From positions 1-50,275 of the IMG/VR virus record IMGVR_UViG_3300037755_000900: a DNA stretch of 50,275 nucleotides. One strand, written 5' to 3'. The first letter of the stretch is position 1; the number at the start of each line of letters is the position of its first letter. The stretch is from a virus. Lineage: Duplodnaviria; Caudoviricetes. Shown here piece by piece: positions 23,963 to 32,274 of the stretch. Below the pieces are notes generated by a model, which saw only the letters and a list, made by a program, of their open reading frames with translations, had not been told where the DNA came from and did not search any database. Position numbers and translations under genes: made by a program.

Positions 23963-24428
23963 GGGCCTGACCAGATTTTTTGCAATCCCCCCACTAGCGG
24001 CGCTGCTCCCTCGCTCGGTCGGGCCGATGCTAGGGCCGATGCCAGCGACCAATCCCCCAGGGTGCGGACCGTCCGCGACACTGACCGCAGGATAGGTGAG
24101 TGCCAGGGTAGTGACACTGGCGACAGGGTGGGGGAGTGCCAAGGTGCTGGCACCGCAGGTAGGGGTGTGGGGGACCCCCTGAGCACCCTGGGCGAGGTGG
24201 TGGTGGTGGGGGAAAGACCCCCCATCTTCAAGACCAATTCTGGTCCCGCACATGCCACCCACCGGCACCCCACTCCCACTGCCGTCCCCCTGTCCCCACC
24301 ACCCGGCGGCACCCCTGACTCCGACCCCTGGGGCGCCCCGACGGCGCCCCCGAGGAGGCCCGCGACGGTGCTCCCAGGAGCACTCCCAGGAGCACCCCCG
24401 AAGTTTTCGCCCCTGCGAAAGGAAAGAC

Positions 24429-24456
24429 TTGACTTGTGGTAACCCTGTGGTATACT
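24429..24456 (+). promoter_or_regulatory. Sigma70-type promoter
   Basis: TTGACT-16-TATACT with extended -10; shares TTGACTTGTGG...GGTATACTTCC with the polymerase promoter. Confidence 0.8.
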
Positions 24457-24520
24457 TCCCCCGTGACCGCCGGCGAGTGGCCTTCAACCCCTGACCCCGG
24501 GAGACCCTGAAAGGAAAGAC

Positions 24521-24775
24521 ATGTGGCCGTGGAAACCCAAGATTCGCGTGCTGGTACTGCCGGAAGCGGATCGCAATCCGACGGTAGAGCCGTTCTACGG
24601 CACGCCCGACCGGCTCTGCACCATGAGTGGCACGCCGTACGACCGGAAACGAATCGAGTACCTCCTGGAGGAACGACGTCGGCTGCTCGATGCCCACCGG
24701 AAAGCCGTCCAACTGCTGACGGAGGACCTGAAAGCCATGGAAGCAGCGGCAAAGGACCTGACCCGAAGACCCTGA
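24521..24775 (+). CDS. Hypothetical protein
   Basis: AAAGGAAAG SD; C-terminal coiled coil. Confidence 0.65.
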   Translation: MWPWKPKIRVLVLPEADRNPTVEPFYGTPDRLCTMSGTPYDRKRIEYLLEERRRLLDAHRKAVQLLTEDLKAMEAAAKDLTRRP

Positions 24776-24817
24776 CCCGAAGACCCTGAAAGGAAAGAAA
24801 GGAAAGGAAGAAAAGAC

Positions 24818-25009
24818 ATGACCGAGCCCGACTACCTCGACATCACCGTCCGCGTGCCTGCCACCAGCATCGACAAAGCCTGGAAAGCCCTCACCCGTGC
24901 CGCCAGGACCAGCCTCGCACACCTGCTCTGCCGTGAGGACCGCGCCCACCGTCGCCTGATCCTCGCCCGCGACCTCGACGACGTCCCCCTCTACGAGGAG
25001 CGCCCCTAG
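24818..25009 (+). CDS. Hypothetical protein
   Basis: Repeated AAAGGAAAG leader. Confidence 0.6.
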   Translation: MTEPDYLDITVRVPATSIDKAWKALTRAARTSLAHLLCREDRAHRRLILARDLDDVPLYEERP

Positions 25010-25079
25010 ACCCCCAAAGGAAAGACCCGTGACCCCAACCCGGAGACTTAGGACCCCGGAGCCATCGAGGAGGACAGTC

Positions 25080-25241
25080 ATGCTCGTACTGAGCCGACGT
25101 GAACAAGAAACCATCGTGATCGAGACACCCACCGGAGACGTGATCCACGTCATGCCAACCAGGATCCGCGACGGCCGGGTGCAGATCGGCATCGACGCCC
25201 CACCCGCCTACATCATCCACCGTGAAGAGCTTAGGGAGTGA
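25080..25241 (+). CDS. csrA: Carbon storage regulator CsrA-like RNA-binding protein
   Basis: MLVLSRREQETIVI...VQIGIDAP...IHREEL; GAGGAGG SD. Confidence 0.9.
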   Translation: MLVLSRREQETIVIETPTGDVIHVMPTRIRDGRVQIGIDAPPAYIIHREELRE

Positions 25242-25279
25242 GGACCCGGCCCTTGCAACCGTAAGATCGAGGAGGTTGA

Positions 25280-25381
25280 ATGAATGAGTTGGCACTATTT
25301 GCCGGAGCTGGCGACGGACAGGTACCGCGAGTGGTGGCAGCAGCATGGTGACTGTTGACGACCGATCGTCCCGAACCTTGA
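25280..25381 (+). pseudogene. Collapsed C5-cytosine DNA methyltransferase remnant
   Basis: MNELALFAGAG joined directly to DGQVPRVVAAAW*LL; GGAGG SD. Confidence 0.75.
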
Positions 25382-25462
25382 CGCAGACCCATACCCTGGG
25401 CCACACTACCGGCACCGGCACTGCCCCCACCACCCGAAAAGGAGGACAGGAGAGCCACCGAC

Positions 25463-27007
25463 ATGTCCACCAACACCGGCACTACCACAGCCACTAGCAC
25501 TAGCACTAGCACTAGCACTAGGGGGGAGGACTTCAGCAGGGCCGTGGCGGTGCTGCTGCGGTCCAGGGATACGTGGCCGGGGCCTGCTCGGGGGCAGAGC
25601 GTGGAGTCCTACCTGCGCTCAAGGGCCTCGTGGCTGCTGCACGGAGAGAACCTGTCCACGGAGAGCACGGAACTGGTGCTGTTCCTGTGGATGCACCACT
25701 TCCTCGATCCAGAGCGCACGCAGAGGCCGTCGCTGGGCCGCTTGAAAACCCTGGTGCAGGAGGCCCTGGAGAGCCCAGAGCCCGATGCCCTGGAGGCGCT
25801 GCCGGCGTTCATCCCCTGCGATCGGAGCCTGAATCCCCGGCCGGTGGAGTGGGTCTGGAAGGACTACATCGCCGTGGGGAGCATCACCGCGCTGATCGGG
25901 TCCCCCAAGTGCGGTAAGACCACGCTGCTACACGAGGTCCTGCGCATTGGAGGCACTGGAGGAGGCTCCCTGGGCACGCCGATAGCGCCGCTGAGGTGCA
26001 TCTGGATATCCGAGGAAGCGGACTCGGTGTGGGCCGGGCACCTGGAAGCGGGGGCGACGGGACCGTGGGCCATGCGCAACACGAACACCCGCCGGCTTTC
26101 CTCTCGGGCTGAGTGGCAGGCGTACCTCACCGAGACGCTCCTGTGGTGCCTTCCGGGGACCTCACCGGAGACTCCGGCGCCGTTGGTGGGCTTCGAGAAG
26201 GCCCCTCAGAGCCCCCAGGAGGAAAGAGACGACTCCGGAGTCCAACCACACAGCCCCAACCCGGAGAACCCCGCAGAGGAAGCCGCTGCAAGCCCTGAGA
26301 GGCTTCCTGGGGACGGGGAGGAGGTGGACAGTCCGGTGGTGGTGGTGCTGGACACATTCGCGCACTTCGCACCGCTGGAGAGCGAGAACGAGAACGCCGA
26401 GGTCACCGCCCTGCTGGGGGACGTGCAGGACACCTTCTGCTTTCCCGGATCGAGGATCGCGGTAGTGCTCCTGCACCATACCCGAAAAGGGACCAGCGAT
26501 GTCCACCGTGGGGCCTCGGCGCTCCCCGCGGAGGTGACCACGATCCTGGCCCTGACGGAGGTCAAGGGCAAGGACCACCGGCGCCGGAACCTGGTGTGCA
26601 TGGGCAGTCGACATCGAGACTGGCCCCAGGACCCCCTGAAGCTGAGGTTCGACGATGACGGGCGGTCGTGGTCCGTCGTAAGGAAAGACAGGCAGGGACA
26701 GGCCAGTGAGAGGGCGGTACACGAACAGGTAGCTAGGGACCAGGGGGTGCATACGGCGGTTCTGGATCACCTGGAAAAGCTGCTGGTGCAGGGGGACAAG
26801 CACACGCAGAACGATCTGATGGCCCTGGTGGAAAGGGCCGGAGGGATTCAAGTGAGCCGCAAGCGATTCTACAGGGCTCTCAGATCCCCGAGGGGCCGAG
26901 CGATGCTCCTGTGCCTGGACGGTGACTGGGCCTGCGGTGAGCCTTCGGTGTACGACTATCAGGGGCCATGTCCGTCAGGAGTTCTGAGAGGAATGACCGG
27001 TGAGTAG
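25463..27007 (+). CDS. RecA-fold replicative helicase (RSF1010 RepA / AAA_25-like)
   Basis: VEWVW...GSPKCGKTT...WISEE...VVLDT...LLHHTRK...RGASAL. Confidence 0.85.
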   Translation: MSTNTGTTTATSTSTSTSTRGEDFSRAVAVLLRSRDTWPGPARGQSVESYLRSRASWLLHGENLSTESTELVLFLWMHHFLDPERTQRPSLGRLKTLVQEALESPEPDALEALPAFIPCDRSLNPRPVEWVWKDYIAVGSITALIGSPKCGKTTLLHEVLRIGGTGGGSLGTPIAPLRCIWISEEADSVWAGHLEAGATGPWAMRNTNTRRLSSRAEWQAYLTETLLWCLPGTSPETPAPLVGFEKAPQSPQEERDDSGVQPHSPNPENPAEEAAASPERLPGDGEEVDSPVVVVLDTFAHFAPLESENENAEVTALLGDVQDTFCFPGSRIAVVLLHHTRKGTSDVHRGASALPAEVTTILALTEVKGKDHRRRNLVCMGSRHRDWPQDPLKLRFDDDGRSWSVVRKDRQGQASERAVHEQVARDQGVHTAVLDHLEKLLVQGDKHTQNDLMALVERAGGIQVSRKRFYRALRSPRGRAMLLCLDGDWACGEPSVYDYQGPCPSGVLRGMTGE

Positions 27008-27049
27008 CGCAGAGAGGAGCATCAGCGGGGTAGCTTCTAGGGTGGTCCT

Positions 27050-27405
27050 GTCTCCTGTCCTACCCCCCTATGGCACACCCCCTGTCCTCTATAGTATAGG
27101 ACAGGGGGGGGGTGTGCCTAAGAGGGTGAGGACACTAGCGATAGCGATTTAGAGAGCATAAACGTGGTTATTATCGGTCCTTGTAAAGTGTGGGTACAGT
27201 GGACTCGGGACACCACTTTAATCCGAAGGGTGCAAAACGGCGTTAAAGTGGTGTCCCGAGGTCGGTCAAGTCTGGCTGAAAGGTGGTCCTATAACTTCCG
27301 CGTTTTGACGGGCGCTAGGGCCTATTTCAGTGTGGCTAACACGGACTCGGGACACCACTTTAATCCCGATATTCGTTAAAGTGTGTCCCGAGGGTCAGTT
27401 AAGTG
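27050..27405. repeat. Origin-like region: one hairpin plus two inverted pairs of an 18 bp motif
   Basis: CTCGGGACACCACTTTAA at 27204 and 27346; reverse complements at 27243 and 27376 (last has a 1 nt deletion). Confidence 0.85.
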
Positions 27406-27429
27406 TGAGCGGAACTCGACGAAGGAGGA

Positions 27430-27906
27430 ATGACGATGGATAACAAGTTCCACAAAGGCGCCGCCGACGGGAAGCATTACTGGCTGACGCCGCCAGAGTT
27501 GCTGGCTGAGCTTCAGGCGGAATTCGGCTTTACGTTTGACGCCTGCCCGTTTCCGCTTCCGAAGGGGTTTGATGGCCTCACAACAGAGTGGGGTGAATCG
27601 ACTTACGTCAATCCACCGTTCGGATCCATCATGCACGGTGTCAGGAAGAAGGGACCGACGGCATGGGCACGGAAGGCCATCGAAGAAGCCCGCAAGGGTA
27701 AGCGTGTCGTGATGGTCTACCCGATCGACAAGTGGGTGCTGATGATGATCGCCGCTGGTGCGAGGATCCGCAATCTCGGTGATGTTCGATGGCACGCCAC
27801 GGAAGATGGAAGCAAAGGAAAAGGAACGGGCAGGCATATAGCGTGCTTCATACTTGACGCCCCCGCCCCGCCCGAGCCGAAGGTGGTCGCGCTAAGAGAC
27901 GATTGA
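27430..27906 (+). CDS. Phage DNA N6-adenine methyltransferase
   Basis: WLTPPEL...FDACP...YVNPPF...WARKA; AAGGAGG SD. Confidence 0.85.
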   Translation: MTMDNKFHKGAADGKHYWLTPPELLAELQAEFGFTFDACPFPLPKGFDGLTTEWGESTYVNPPFGSIMHGVRKKGPTAWARKAIEEARKGKRVVMVYPIDKWVLMMIAAGARIRNLGDVRWHATEDGSKGKGTGRHIACFILDAPAPPEPKVVALRDD

Positions 27907-27925
27907 TATAACCGGGGAGCGGAAC

Positions 27926-28465
27926 GTGACTACGAAGCGAAAGACAGGGAAACGAGGTCGCAACAGTGTTACCCCTAGCAAGAGGTTGGCCCCACTGCCC
28001 GGAGTACCGCAGGCCCAGTCACCAGGATTCGTGGCCGTGGGGGCGTCGGTGCGGCTTGCAGATGTGGACGATATGGCTCGGGCGTTTGGCGTCTCCCGTA
28101 AGGTAGCGCTGTCGTTCCTGCACCGGATGGATGTGCCCCTGGTGCTCACCGGTCAGAGGTACTACGTGGACTGGTACGCCCTGGAACTGCTGTTCAGGGC
28201 ACTGCTGAGGCCGGGGGTGGGGGCGAAGCACATCAGGTTTCCCGGATCGAACACCAGGTGCCGCAGAGCGTGCATCCGGTCGATCGAGGAGGTCGATCCT
28301 GAGACCAGGGCGGTGCTCAAGGACCCCTACAGCCCCCTGCACCTGTGGGTGGCCACGGCCGGGCTGGCGTACATGAGCGCCGACCGGGAGCGCATGAGAG
28401 AAACGCTGCTCAAGGCTGCTGATATGTTGCGATCGGGGGGCAGAAAGCGTAAACTACGGCAGTAA
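27926..28465 (+). CDS. Putative DNA-binding protein (HTH-like)
   Basis: VDDMARAFGVSRKVALSFL; basic termini. Confidence 0.5.
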   Translation: MTTKRKTGKRGRNSVTPSKRLAPLPGVPQAQSPGFVAVGASVRLADVDDMARAFGVSRKVALSFLHRMDVPLVLTGQRYYVDWYALELLFRALLRPGVGAKHIRFPGSNTRCRRACIRSIEEVDPETRAVLKDPYSPLHLWVATAGLAYMSADRERMRETLLKAADMLRSGGRKRKLRQ

Positions 28466-28479
28466 CGGACCTAGAGACC

Positions 28480-29595
28480 ATGCCAAAGAAGGTCGCCGCA
28501 ACCACTGTTAAATCCAAGGCCCCCCGCAGGACGCCTGCTGCTGTCGCCCGCCGGGAGAGGGCCAAGAAGCTCGACGACAGGAAGCCGCTCTTCAAGCCGG
28601 TATCCGCCGTGGAGGCATCCGAGAGGGCGCTGGTGAAGACCGAGGGAGTGCCTGATGAGATCATGGGGCTGGAACCTGAGGCCCTGGAGCAGTTGAAGGT
28701 CAGGATTCAGGAGGAAATCAGGGGGCACAAGCCGGTAGATACGGTGATGAGCTTGTTCAACCCCCAGTGGGTCGGGGCGGGGATGCAGATAGCGGGATGG
28801 AACGCCATCCTGGAGGAAATGACCCTGGTGGAGATGGCCAGGGACCCGTCGGATCGCAGGGTGCAACTGGCAGCCATCGAAGCGCTGAGAGCCAGGGCCA
28901 AGGAGTCCCTGCTGCTGACGGGCAGGATTCGGGAGCTGACCGTCGAAACGAAGAGGGAGGGGGGCCAACTGATTCAGATGGAGAAGGGCATGGCCATGAT
29001 CCGAGACTCCAGCGCCAGCACGATGGCGATCCTGGAGGCGGCCATGAACCTTCCACCGGACGTGAACCCCGTCGTGGAGGTTCAGACGGCAAGCAGAGTT
29101 GTGGAGGGAGAGAGACGAGGAGAGAGCGATCATGTCGTACCAGAGACCGGCAGGGACGGCTCCACTGACGGCGCCGAGGAAGGGCTTGGCGTCGGGAGTG
29201 TTGGACCCAGAGACGGAAGCATTCAACCCCAACCACGAGGAACCGCCGGAGGGCCTGAACAAGGTGCGGGGAACGGACGAGGACCCCATCGGGGACCTTC
29301 AGGACCGTCTGGCCCTGGAGAGGTGCCCGGAGGGCGTGGCGACGCTGCCGCCGGACAAGATGCCTACGGTGGGGCCGGAGGGAAGCGGGGTCGAGCCGAA
29401 GAAGAGCCATCACAGCAAGAAGGTACAGAAGGAACGGGCGGCGAAGAAAGCGATGAAGGCAGGAACAGGGAGGGAGACAGGGAGGGGGACAGGGAGAGAG
29501 AGAGCGACACCCGCACCGGTCACCGTCCTCCCGTCCACGACACCGGTTACGGCATCTGCTCCCCCCACCACACATCCAGCAGGGTCCCTGGATAA
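28480..29595 (+). CDS. Hypothetical protein, terminase small subunit candidate
   Basis: Helical N-terminal ~200 aa upstream of TerL; low-complexity tail overlaps next gene. Confidence 0.5.
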   Translation: MPKKVAATTVKSKAPRRTPAAVARRERAKKLDDRKPLFKPVSAVEASERALVKTEGVPDEIMGLEPEALEQLKVRIQEEIRGHKPVDTVMSLFNPQWVGAGMQIAGWNAILEEMTLVEMARDPSDRRVQLAAIEALRARAKESLLLTGRIRELTVETKREGGQLIQMEKGMAMIRDSSASTMAILEAAMNLPPDVNPVVEVQTASRVVEGERRGESDHVVPETGRDGSTDGAEEGLGVGSVGPRDGSIQPQPRGTAGGPEQGAGNGRGPHRGPSGPSGPGEVPGGRGDAAAGQDAYGGAGGKRGRAEEEPSQQEGTEGTGGEESDEGRNREGDREGDRERESDTRTGHRPPVHDTGYGICSPHHTSSRVPG

Positions 29596-29926
29596 GGGTC
29601 AAAGGCTGGGGCCGGATGACCCCGAGGTGCTGGCGGACAGGACGGTCGAATACTTCACCCGGCACGATCCGGTGAAGCACTGGCGGGCGCACCTGTACCA
29701 GGGTGGGGCGATGCCCTGGGCGGCCTACCAGGAGCGGTGGCGCACACGGGTGTTCGAGCCGGAACTGAGGCGGGCGTGTGTGGACCGGGAGGCGATCGTG
29801 GAGTTCCTGCGTGCCGTAGCTCCGACGATGGCGAGGCCCCTGAGCGCGGGACCGTTCAGGAACATGGTCATGGCCCACATGGGCTGGACGCTGCTGGTGA
29901 GGACGGCCCTCGGGGCTGAGGAGTAG
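29132..29926 (+). CDS. Hypothetical protein overlapping the upstream ORF
   Basis: GAGGAG SD before ATG 29132; ends 3 nt before TerL. Confidence 0.55.
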   Translation: MSYQRPAGTAPLTAPRKGLASGVLDPETEAFNPNHEEPPEGLNKVRGTDEDPIGDLQDRLALERCPEGVATLPPDKMPTVGPEGSGVEPKKSHHSKKVQKERAAKKAMKAGTGRETGRGTGRERATPAPVTVLPSTTPVTASAPPTTHPAGSLDKGQRLGPDDPEVLADRTVEYFTRHDPVKHWRAHLYQGGAMPWAAYQERWRTRVFEPELRRACVDREAIVEFLRAVAPTMARPLSAGPFRNMVMAHMGWTLLVRTALGAEE

Positions 29927-29929
29927 GCA

Positions 29930-31804
29930 ATGGGCGTGGTGAGGTTTCCGAAAGAGGGGAACCCCTACTATCCGCTGCCCGCCGACTACCCTGGCTTGAA
30001 CGCCGGGGGGCAGAAGGCGGCACGTCTGAATGCGGTGAGGTTGCAGGAGACACCGGAGGACCTGGTGTACGCCTGGAGCTTCTTCAGGAACTACTACCTC
30101 AGGCAGAGCAAGAACGTGCCGCTGTATAAGCGGTGGTGCGACTCACCGCCCTTCCACTATGAGATCGTGCATGACGTGGGCAGGTATCGGAGGAATGCCA
30201 TCGCGGCGCCCCGAGGGAGTGCTAAGAGCACGATCCTGGCGGTGGAGTTGCCGTTGTTCCTGGCGCTGACCAGGGAGAACTTCAATGTTCTGTTGGTTCT
30301 GAGCCTGGATACGATGGTGAACAAGCGAATGGCCAATCAGCTTAGCCCCCAGCTCAGGGATAACGAGTTGATCCGCCAGGACTTCGGGGATGTGAAGCCC
30401 GCGCAGGGGACGTGGAACGCTCACCTGATGCGGCTGAGCAACCGCTCGATGATCGAAGCGGTGCCGGCTCGGGGAGGCTCGCTGGGGGCCAGGCCGGACC
30501 TCATCCTACCTGACGACGTCGAGATACACCCTGTGCTGAACAAGGTATCCTCAGAACTGGTGGAGAACTTCGACAGGTTCCTCCACAACATCCTGCTGCC
30601 GATGCTGGAGCGGGGGGGTTCCGGGTTCTACTGGATAGGGTCGCTTATGAGCACGCAGTGCTTCCTCTATCACGTGGTCACCACGAGGACGGATGACCGG
30701 TTCATGCACTGGAACCGGAGGCTGCTGGACGCCGAGAACGACGGGTACGGGGGTCTGCTGTGGCCACAGCGGTGGCCCTGGGATTACCTCAAGCAGCTCG
30801 AAGGGGAATGGGGCCCGGCGGCCTACAACGCCCAAATGAGGAACAGGCCGGGGAAGGGTGACGACCCGGTGTTGCCCATTCACCCCTATCTGAATGCCTA
30901 TGAGATCGAGCCCCGCAACGAGGTGGCCAAGAGGTCGCCGCTGGACAGCCGGTCGGTGCTGAGGACGTGGAGGGCGGCGGGGGAGAGCGTCGTGCCGGTG
31001 GAGAGGCCGCTGGGGGAGGCGGTTGGGAAGATGTTTCGGGTCATCACGATGGACTGGGCTCGCTGCCTGAGCAAAACCAGCGACTACGTGGCCATGCAGG
31101 TGACGGGGGTGAGTTCAGCCAGGGAGCACCCCAACACGTGGTTCGTTCTGGACCTGCTGATGGACCGGCTGCCGGGGTCGAGCTGGGTGGCTAAGTTCTG
31201 GGACATGGCGATCCGTTGGCGCTGCCAGTACGCGGGGATCGAGGCTGTGGCTGCGCAGAGCGCGCTGGTGGATACGGCGATGGAGTACCGGGAGCGGCTG
31301 GGGCTGGAGTGGTCGCCGAGGGTGATGCCGATCAAGTACCCCAGTGGGTTGTCGAAGGAGGACAGGATCGCGGGCCTGGAGTGGCGCTTTCGGAAGGGCA
31401 AGCTGCTGCTACCGAAGGACATGAGGGGCCGATGGCCGTGGCGGGAGCTGTACTATGAGTTCGAGGGCTTCACGGGGTACGAGGGGGCCACGGAGCACGA
31501 CGACGGCGCTGACGCTGTGTCTATGGTACAATTCCTGGTGAAGGGCGGCCGCCGCTCCGCTGATGACGCTCCGGGGGCTCCGATGGGGTACAACCCGGTG
31601 GAGATGCTGAAGCGGGGAGAGTTGGTCACCGCGGGGGGCGTGCAGGTGGGCCTGGGGTTGCTGCCCCAGGAGATGACCGTGGAGGCGACTACGGAGCTGA
31701 TGTACCGCCACGAGAAGCAGAGACAGGAAGCACTGGAGGCCAGGCCCAGAAGGCCCAAGCCCCGAGAGAGGGGCAGGAGACGATCATGGATCGGAACACC
31801 CTAG
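29930..31804 (+). CDS. terL: Terminase large subunit
   Basis: APRGSAKST, LILPDDVE, nuclease MDWA...SDY...IEAVAAQ...HDDGADA. Confidence 0.93.
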   Translation: MGVVRFPKEGNPYYPLPADYPGLNAGGQKAARLNAVRLQETPEDLVYAWSFFRNYYLRQSKNVPLYKRWCDSPPFHYEIVHDVGRYRRNAIAAPRGSAKSTILAVELPLFLALTRENFNVLLVLSLDTMVNKRMANQLSPQLRDNELIRQDFGDVKPAQGTWNAHLMRLSNRSMIEAVPARGGSLGARPDLILPDDVEIHPVLNKVSSELVENFDRFLHNILLPMLERGGSGFYWIGSLMSTQCFLYHVVTTRTDDRFMHWNRRLLDAENDGYGGLLWPQRWPWDYLKQLEGEWGPAAYNAQMRNRPGKGDDPVLPIHPYLNAYEIEPRNEVAKRSPLDSRSVLRTWRAAGESVVPVERPLGEAVGKMFRVITMDWARCLSKTSDYVAMQVTGVSSAREHPNTWFVLDLLMDRLPGSSWVAKFWDMAIRWRCQYAGIEAVAAQSALVDTAMEYRERLGLEWSPRVMPIKYPSGLSKEDRIAGLEWRFRKGKLLLPKDMRGRWPWRELYYEFEGFTGYEGATEHDDGADAVSMVQFLVKGGRRSADDAPGAPMGYNPVEMLKRGELVTAGGVQVGLGLLPQEMTVEATTELMYRHEKQRQEALEARPRRPKPRERGRRRSWIGTP

Positions 31805-32274
31805 CAGGGCTCAGGCGCGTGCTGGTGGAGGCGGTTGCGGAGATCAGAAAGACGCTGAGCAGCGAGGAGGCGGAACAGCGGCCGGAGTTGATGAGGGCCG
31901 CGCTTGCGGTCGTCGCCTGTGAGTTGGACGTGCTGATCCTACTGGTACCGGAGGACCCCCGGCTGCTGGAGAGAGACGATGCTGGGAGGCTCCCTGAGCA
32001 CTACCGAGGGGCAATGATCGCGGACCCCCCTGTCCCCCACCACACGACCGCTGAAAGTGACTCTTCTGGTTCGGTGGCGGAGGGGATGCCCGGCTTGGCC
32101 AAAGAGAATCTACAGCGCAGGAGGAGGCAGGACGAGGAGCGATGGAGTGCGGAGGAGGCCGCAAGGAGGGAGCCGGAGAGGAATCGAATGGTCATTGCGT
32201 CGTCTCTGGGGATGTCGGCCGGGGTGGAAGTCGACGCTGAGCAGGGTGGGGGTGGTGAGGAGGATCAGGAATGA
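31786..32274 (+). CDS. Hypothetical protein
   Basis: Fills the TerL-portal gap with overlaps on both sides. Confidence 0.65.
   Translation: MDRNTLAGLRRVLVEAVAEIRKTLSSEEAEQRPELMRAALAVVACELDVLILLVPEDPRLLERDDAGRLPEHYRGAMIADPPVPHHTTAESDSSGSVAEGMPGLAKENLQRRRRQDEERWSAEEAARREPERNRMVIASSLGMSAGVEVDAEQGGGGEEDQE

Noticed and set aside
23936-25192. 418 aa minus-strand ORF and the many other long antisense or alternate-frame ORFs
   Set aside because: They shadow well-supported genes or promoters and are expected in high-GC DNA; no motifs or SDs support them.
27200-27405. Mini CRISPR array
   Set aside because: Copies alternate in orientation and spacings are irregular (21, ~85, 12 nt); the only Cas-like gene is a stand-alone Cas4-like nuclease typical of phage recombination modules.
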